Virus record (IMG/VR): IMGVR_UViG_3300032218_003909
Location: 1-50,679 of that record
Direction: 5' to 3' (one strand)
Source: a virus
Lineage: Duplodnaviria > Caudoviricetes
Length of the DNA: 50,679 nt
Positions 44,856 to 50,679 of the stretch are shown here, in pieces; positions within the stretch are counted from its first letter, which is position 1, and every line of letters starts with the position of its first letter. The translations under genes and the position numbers were made by a program. The notes under the pieces were generated by a model. That model saw nothing but the letters and a program-made list of their open reading frames with translations, had not been told where the DNA came from and searched no databases.

Positions 44856-45761
44856 TTAATTCCGTCCTCTGATCAGATCAATTAAAGGCCGATAATAATC
44901 ATAAGAAAATGCGTAATATTTTCCCTTGATGTATATTTCATGCTCAGATTTCAATGCTTGTTCAAGATTTTTATCATCGAATTGTGCGTATTCTATAAAT
45001 GCTTTTTCAATATTTTCAGTTCCAGGTTGTAGCCTAGAAATAAGCTCTTTAAACGACGCAACAGTTTGGGCTGGCGTCATAGATAAAAGACTAGCCCATA
45101 AATCCTTGTACTTATGACTCCACGTATATTTAAATCCGTCAAAAGGCACTATGATGTATGTGTTTTTAGATACACCTGAGGCATAATAATAAGCCATACC
45201 TAAATCACTGGTACACATGATACTGTTTCCACGAGTCGCAGAAAAGCCGTTTGATTTCAGTGCATTATTTACAAATTTATGTATTTCTGGTACTGTATCT
45301 GTTGGATGACGCTTTGCATGTGCAGTGCCGATAAAAGCAGAACTTCTGTGAGGGTTTAAAAAATTTGAAGATCCACGATATAAACAACCGCCATATGCAC
45401 GAGTAACTGATAAAAATTCACCGCAAGTTTTAGTCAACTCGGTATATATGCGATTTGTGCAAGCATTGGCTAGTTCTTGGAAATCTTGTTGAAGATATCT
45501 TAAACGATTTTCTTTTTCCAAAATTTGTGAGTTAAGTTCTTGAATTTTTGTACCATGATCTGCGACTTGACTGGCATTTTGTGTAACATAATCTAACGTA
45601 GTTCGTGCTTTTGATATGTCTTGAGTGATCGTTTGACATTCTTGTTCAATTTGTTTTGCTTGATTTTGGACACTACGTGGTACACTAGCTATGTCTAAAA
45701 TAAAAGGTACTTTCTCACCTGGTTTTAGTTGATTTTCAGATAAAAATTCTTGAAGACGCAT
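44856..45761 (-). CDS. ADP-ribosyltransferase-like paralog 2
   Basis: LYRG...SIMCTSD...A..Y...EHEIYI; GATAAATA four nt before the ATG. Confidence 0.6.
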   Translation of the reverse strand: MRLQEFLSENQLKPGEKVPFILDIASVPRSVQNQAKQIEQECQTITQDISKARTTLDYVTQNASQVADHGTKIQELNSQILEKENRLRYLQQDFQELANACTNRIYTELTKTCGEFLSVTRAYGGCLYRGSSNFLNPHRSSAFIGTAHAKRHPTDTVPEIHKFVNNALKSNGFSATRGNSIMCTSDLGMAYYYASGVSKNTYIIVPFDGFKYTWSHKYKDLWASLLSMTPAQTVASFKELISRLQPGTENIEKAFIEYAQFDDKNLEQALKSEHEIYIKGKYYAFSYDYYRPLIDLIRGRN

Positions 45762-45829
45762 GCAGTATTTATCAGATCAGTTTTTTTAACCAATAAGCTA
45801 GTTTAATCCAGGCAGATATTGAATGTTAA

Positions 45830-46594
45830 CTAAAGATATTTTGCCAATGTCGTCTGGACTTTAGCCATGTCTGCACAGGTATAAGCCTGATAACTGGCTT
45901 TGAGTTTTTCAGGCATTGGTATTTTCACAATAGGCACACGGAAACCTTGCGCTACTTCCAGGAAACTTTTTGTACTGCCTGTGCCAATATTCCAAATACC
46001 ACTTTCAGGTATATTCAAAAACTTTTTATGTAGATCTATCACAGTGCTGACAGGCACAAAATCTCGATGATAATTCTCACTGCCTTCGAATACTCGTATT
46101 TCTCCCACCCTCTCAGCCTGCAATCTAAACTGTGTAAACGGACTGGCTTGAGTTCCCTTGTGTTCTTCATTTGAGCCATATACGTTAAAATAACGGAACC
46201 CTTGAACAACAATATGTTCAAAACATTTTTTTTGAGCATATCTTTCAAACATATATTTGCTCCAGGCATACGGTGTTCGTGGATCAGGCGCAGTATTTTC
46301 ATTAAAATCTTGACCTAGCCCGTATATACTAGCTGAACTTGAATATTGTAGGTTTACTTTGTGTCTAATACATTCATCTAAAATCCAACAACTGAAATCA
46401 TAGTTTTGGCGCATGATTTTGTTTACATCATGCTCAGTTGTAGAACTGATGGCACCTATGTGAATTACCCAATCTAAGCCTTGAATGTTGGGCACCTTCT
46501 CTCCCCATTCATAAGTGCTGACTTCATGTTCTGATAAAGCAGTCAACATGTGACTACCGATAAAACCTTTATAACCTGTGAGAAGTATTTTCAT
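45830..46594 (-). CDS. hldD: ADP-L-glycero-D-manno-heptose 6-epimerase
   Basis: TG..GFIG, H.GAISSTTE, YSSSAS.YG, YAWSK, RYFNVYG..E.HKG..AS, YQ..TCAD. Confidence 0.9.
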   Translation of the reverse strand: MKILLTGYKGFIGSHMLTALSEHEVSTYEWGEKVPNIQGLDWVIHIGAISSTTEHDVNKIMRQNYDFSCWILDECIRHKVNLQYSSSASIYGLGQDFNENTAPDPRTPYAWSKYMFERYAQKKCFEHIVVQGFRYFNVYGSNEEHKGTQASPFTQFRLQAERVGEIRVFEGSENYHRDFVPVSTVIDLHKKFLNIPESGIWNIGTGSTKSFLEVAQGFRVPIVKIPMPEKLKASYQAYTCADMAKVQTTLAKYL

Positions 46595-46667
46595 AATTTT
46601 AGTGCTATTTGTGCACGGTATTTAACATAAATACCAGATATTATTATAACTTTTTACGGAAACCAGC

Positions 46668-47717
46668 ATGCAAATCAATGAAATAATAAGCCGAGAATTG
46701 TCACGAGCAGCATCTAAACAAAAAATTGAGGTCGGTGGGTTCTTAAACAAACACCTACTCGTCAGAACAATAAAACAAGACTGCAGTGATTTTTTGTCTA
46801 AAGCCAAAGGCACAGCTGGTGTTTTTCGTGGTATTGCAGATTATGCAGGATTCCCAGAGGCATATCAATCTCAATCACGCACTAGAAATGCCAGAGATAC
46901 GTCGCAAGAAATACAAAAAAAATTCGATGAACTGTTGATTTCCCAGGGCTTTTCTGCTGTTCGAGGCAACAGTATATTTGTGTCCGGCAGTTTGCCGATG
47001 GCAATTGGTTACGGAGAACCATATTTTATCATACCTAAAAATGGTTTTACGTTCACTTGGAGTCCTGAGATAAAAGATTTTTACACAGGTGGATTAGCTT
47101 TGAATAACAAAAGTTGGGCAGGATTTGTTAGTAAATGGTCTATTTCGCCTGACCACAACCAATTGATTCACAAGATCAAAAATATTATTGACCCACTAAT
47201 TACTGATGTTAATGCAATATGGTCAGCAACAGTTAATCGAAATTCAGAACCAGTTCTTGGTGTCAATTGGAATCAAGAATTTGGAAAACGATGGGCAATG
47301 GACAGCCAGTGGATCGAATCGATTTCACGGATACTCGACTTTATTCGAGAGTCTTTGAAAAGTCCAGATTTAATCTGGATTTTCAATGATTATGGTGGAA
47401 AACAATTAAGACAAAAACTAGAAAATAGTGTAAATCATTTTGAAGCTATCAAAAACATTTTTGCACCAAGAAAAGACTATCAAGAACTTTTAAATTTATT
47501 GTCAAATCAAGTATCATTTAATACACCGGCTTCTGAAATAAATACACCAGAACAAGCACAACGTATTATACAAAATTTAGAAATGAAAAATAATATCGAT
47601 TTACATTCTGCGATATTATCTGAAAATGAGATACTGATAAATGGTTCGTATTACGCATTCGACTATCATAAGTATCAAGATTTGCATGATAAATTATTTG
47701 CAGTCAAACCAGGGTGA
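46668..47717 (+). CDS. ADP-ribosyltransferase-like paralog 3
   Basis: VFRG...SIFVSGS...A.GYG...ENEILI. Confidence 0.6.
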   Translation: MQINEIISRELSRAASKQKIEVGGFLNKHLLVRTIKQDCSDFLSKAKGTAGVFRGIADYAGFPEAYQSQSRTRNARDTSQEIQKKFDELLISQGFSAVRGNSIFVSGSLPMAIGYGEPYFIIPKNGFTFTWSPEIKDFYTGGLALNNKSWAGFVSKWSISPDHNQLIHKIKNIIDPLITDVNAIWSATVNRNSEPVLGVNWNQEFGKRWAMDSQWIESISRILDFIRESLKSPDLIWIFNDYGGKQLRQKLENSVNHFEAIKNIFAPRKDYQELLNLLSNQVSFNTPASEINTPEQAQRIIQNLEMKNNIDLHSAILSENEILINGSYYAFDYHKYQDLHDKLFAVKPG

Positions 47718-47732
47718 TCAGGAAAATAACAT

Positions 47733-48857
47733 ATGCCAGCTAAAAAAACCAATGTATTGAAGCCAGGTGATAGATCACCAATTAATATTGATATGCTAAA
47801 TATCGATCCTGCTTTATTAAGCAAAGCTGCTGAATTAAAAGCTAGAATAGCTGAAATATATAAAGAATTGAATCGACTTGAAAAAGAAAAAAACAAACAA
47901 GTAAAGCAATCTGAAAAAACTCAGCAAGAAATCAATAAAGCGTCATTTTCTAATTATGCTAAAATAATACAAAAGGACTGTTCAGAGTATATACAAGCAG
48001 TTGCTGCTGCTAAAAAAGTTTTATTCAGAGGTATAGATCCAGGTTGGAATCGTCCTTTGGCAGCATATGTGGGTCGAAGTCATAAGAAAAGAGAAACCAA
48101 AGATACAGGGTCAGAAATACAGACAGGCGTTGATAAAATATTAGCAAGCAAAGGATTTACTGCTCTCAGACACAACAGTATATTCACTTCAAGTGATTTA
48201 AACACAGCGTCGGGCTACGGAATACCATTCATAATATTTCCAAAAAATGGCTTTAGTTTTACGTGGAGTCCTAAGATTGCCGATTTTTATCAAGAAATGG
48301 TACAGGACGAAGAAATTTATGATTGGTCAGAATTTGTTAATATACATGGTGCTAGCACTTTAGACTATACAATTTTAAATATGTTTCCACGTGTAGGCTA
48401 TTATCTTGGAATATTTGAAGTTAGTCTTGAAAAGCATCCAAAACTCAAGAGTTTATACCTTTCTATTAAAAATCTCAATGAAAACATCGACGAGATGCTC
48501 GGGGACATCGACTATGATTATCCTGTCATCAACGGAGCAGATATAAATCGTTATATTTCTCAGGTGATGGAAATTATTCGAGCATTGGAAACGGAACCTA
48601 AAATCCAGGATATTCTAAAAAGTAAACCTGAATTAGCAAAAGATTTTAAAAAAATGAAGAGTGAAGTTGGTGAGTTTACAGCTGAATGGCAGAAAAATAA
48701 AAATTTAAACAGATCTGACATTATATTTCAGAAACTCGGATACACTAACCAAAATCTCGTGGCTGCATTAAAATCAGATCATGAAGTCATGATCAATGGC
48801 GAATATTATGCATTGGAATATAGTATATACAAAAATATACTAAAATACTTTAAATAA
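47733..48857 (+). CDS. ADP-ribosyltransferase-like paralog 4
   Basis: LFRG...SIFTSS...A.GYG...DHEVMI. Confidence 0.6.
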   Translation: MPAKKTNVLKPGDRSPINIDMLNIDPALLSKAAELKARIAEIYKELNRLEKEKNKQVKQSEKTQQEINKASFSNYAKIIQKDCSEYIQAVAAAKKVLFRGIDPGWNRPLAAYVGRSHKKRETKDTGSEIQTGVDKILASKGFTALRHNSIFTSSDLNTASGYGIPFIIFPKNGFSFTWSPKIADFYQEMVQDEEIYDWSEFVNIHGASTLDYTILNMFPRVGYYLGIFEVSLEKHPKLKSLYLSIKNLNENIDEMLGDIDYDYPVINGADINRYISQVMEIIRALETEPKIQDILKSKPELAKDFKKMKSEVGEFTAEWQKNKNLNRSDIIFQKLGYTNQNLVAALKSDHEVMINGEYYALEYSIYKNILKYFK

Positions 48858-48876
48858 AATCTTGGAACAATAACAA

Positions 48877-50052
48877 ATGCCACCGAAAAAAACCAATGTA
48901 TTAAAACCAGGCAGTAAATCACCCTTTGAGGTAGATACATCAAACTTGGATCCAGAATTATTAGCTAGGGCAAACACAATAAAGGCTAAGATAGCTGAAA
49001 TTGAAGCTCAGATAGCCAGTCTTCGAGCAGAAGAAAAAAAATCAAAAACAGCTTCCCAAAAAGCTGAAAAAAAGATTGGTGCTCCGTCAATGGTTCGCTA
49101 TGTTGAATTAATACAAAAAGACTGTTCAGAATATGCACAAGCAGTTATAGCAACTGGCAAAGTATTATATCGTGGCAGCGGCAATACAAGCATGCCAGCG
49201 TATGTTGCTCGCAGTCGTAGCAACCGGTCACCAGATAATACACCGTTATCTATCCAGAAAGGTTTTGACAAGTTATTGTCAAGTCAGGGCTTTACTGCTC
49301 TTAGAAAAAACAGTATATTCACTACGAGTAGACAACTACAGGCTGCACGTTACGGAGAACCATACATAATATTTCCAAAAAACGGCTTTAGTTTTACATG
49401 GAGTCCAGAAGTACCAGATTTTTATCGTGGGTTGATAGAGGAACATGAAATACCCACATGGTCTGAATTTGTAAGCCATTATAGCCAAGATACTTCTTCG
49501 ATTTATGTAGATCTAGAGATTCTAAGTGACACTCTTAATTCTATAATCTATGCTCTTCAAGGGATTAGATTTGAATTTCCTATACACCAGAAACAAACTG
49601 AAAAAATCGAGGATGAGATTTACAATCTACAAGAACTGCTAGAGGAAGACCACGAAATCTCACCATATCCAAGTGTAGCGATTAAACAAGCAAATAATTA
49701 TATTAAACGTTTGACAAAAATTATTCAGGGGATAGAAATTTCTCCTGAAATCAAATCTATTTTTTATAAAGATAAAGATGCTAAAGATTATCTAAACAGT
49801 ATAAAGAACTATCAGAATACATTACAGAAAATAAGCAAAGAATTAAAAATTCCAGAATTAGCTGACACTGCAGTACTTCGCAATCTTGCATATACTAACC
49901 AAAATCTTGAAGCAGCATTAAAATCAGACAACGAAGTCATGATCAATGGCGAGTATTATGCGTTCAAATATGATTTATACTATGACATACTAAAATACCT
50001 CCGACAGGATAATAGAAAAAAACCAATGTCTGAAAAGAAATCTAATAAGTAG
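48877..50052 (+). CDS. ADP-ribosyltransferase-like paralog 5
   Basis: LYRG...SIFTTS...A.RYG...DNEVMI; tandem duplicate of paralog 4. Confidence 0.6.
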   Translation: MPPKKTNVLKPGSKSPFEVDTSNLDPELLARANTIKAKIAEIEAQIASLRAEEKKSKTASQKAEKKIGAPSMVRYVELIQKDCSEYAQAVIATGKVLYRGSGNTSMPAYVARSRSNRSPDNTPLSIQKGFDKLLSSQGFTALRKNSIFTTSRQLQAARYGEPYIIFPKNGFSFTWSPEVPDFYRGLIEEHEIPTWSEFVSHYSQDTSSIYVDLEILSDTLNSIIYALQGIRFEFPIHQKQTEKIEDEIYNLQELLEEDHEISPYPSVAIKQANNYIKRLTKIIQGIEISPEIKSIFYKDKDAKDYLNSIKNYQNTLQKISKELKIPELADTAVLRNLAYTNQNLEAALKSDNEVMINGEYYAFKYDLYYDILKYLRQDNRKKPMSEKKSNK

Positions 50053-50058
50053 CTGAGT

Positions 50059-50490
50059 ATGTCAATCATCAAAGCCGGAATAATCCCTTGCATCAAAAAA
50101 GACAAACAACTGTTCATGTTATTCATGAAACCCAGTGACCCTAAGTTTGGCGGTCCTGATTATCAAATTGCCAAAGGTCACATAGACAAAGATGAATCAC
50201 CACTGCAAGCAGCAATTCGTGAAGGGTACGAAGAACTAGGCTTGAAACCTACCAACATAGACCATGTGTGGCCTGTGGGGATTGTGAAAAATACCAAGGT
50301 CTATGCATGTGAGGTTTACAGTATGAAAGACTTTGACCAGCCCGATTATGAAACTGGCAGCACACGATGGATGACACCAAATGAGTTTTTAGAAACTGGT
50401 CGTCACATGCATCGAGGCATCGTCAGAGCAGCAGCCAGAAAATTAAAATTGTTAGAATCGTTTCCTGAACTGCGCACTGTTATTTGGTGA
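50059..50490 (+). CDS. Nudix hydrolase
   Basis: Nudix box KGHIDKDESPLQAAIREGYEELGL. Confidence 0.9.
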   Translation: MSIIKAGIIPCIKKDKQLFMLFMKPSDPKFGGPDYQIAKGHIDKDESPLQAAIREGYEELGLKPTNIDHVWPVGIVKNTKVYACEVYSMKDFDQPDYETGSTRWMTPNEFLETGRHMHRGIVRAAARKLKLLESFPELRTVIW

Positions 50491-50492
50491 TT

Positions 50493-50567
50493 TGGTGGGC
50501 CTTGCCAGACTTGCACTGACAGCCAAATGATTATGAGTCATCTGCTCTACTATTGAGCTAAAGGCCC
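50493..50567 (-). tRNA. tRNA with CAT anticodon (Ile2 or Met)
   Basis: GGGCCTT/AAGGCCC-A-CCA (Ile-like acceptor); CT-CAT-AA; T-loop TGCAAGT. Confidence 0.88.
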
Positions 50568-50573
50568 GAGATT

Positions 50574-50649
50574 TGGTGCTCCGTGATGGATTTGAACCAC
50601 CGACAACCGGAATATAAGTCCGACGTTCTGACCACTGAACTAACGGAGC
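50574..50649 (-). tRNA. tRNA-Ile(TAT)
   Basis: GCTCCGT/ACGGAGC-A-CCA; TCGGA-CT-TAT-AT-TCCGG; TTCAAAT. Confidence 0.92.
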
Positions 50650-50679
50650 GTTGTTTAACTGATGTTGTGCATTATACAG

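Noticed and set aside
47700-47770. Paralog 3 ends in KPG and paralog 4 begins with LKPG: read-through polyprotein?
   Set aside because: An in-frame TAA follows the TGA before the next ATG, and paralog 4 has its own AGGA RBS.
1-50679. Stop-codon reassignment (as in some large phages)
   Set aside because: Genes are full length in code 11, TAG and TGA both end recognisable proteins, and no suppressor tRNA was found.

Overview
This is a 50.7-kb segment of a large, T4-superfamily-like dsDNA bacteriophage that reads in the standard genetic code. The host cannot be identified from the window; sigma70-type promoters with IHF-consensus boxes hint at a proteobacterium. Left to right it holds: two tail-fibre-like genes; a replication block (mini DnaE-type polymerase, Zn-finger protein, gp62-like clamp-loader subunit, UvsW-like helicase); early genes under consensus sigma70 promoters; and a ~24-kb glycan biosynthesis and modification island (10.7-34.5 kb). 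A dispersed minus-strand tRNA region follows, with 14 tRNAs, one D-arm-less tRNA-like RNA and two tRNA fragments. It is interleaved with RNA ligase, phosphoesterase, speD, ADP-heptose genes and queC. Near the right end is an array of five paralogous ADP-ribosyltransferase-like proteins next to a Nudix gene. The least-explained signals are non-coding RNA structures: (i) a leader-peptide/terminator attenuator-like element plus several structured RNAs heading the tRNA operon; (ii) a tRNA-like RNA with a GUA anticodon whose D-arm is replaced by a pseudoknot; (iii) a ~290-nt closed, highly structured ncRNA; and (iv) a candidate sRNA whose loop is complementary to the RBS of the nearby early AAA gene. 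A set of probable virion-packaged effectors (ART-like, kinase, RelE-like) share an N-terminal motif. All calls were made by eye from motifs; no database search or folding program was run.
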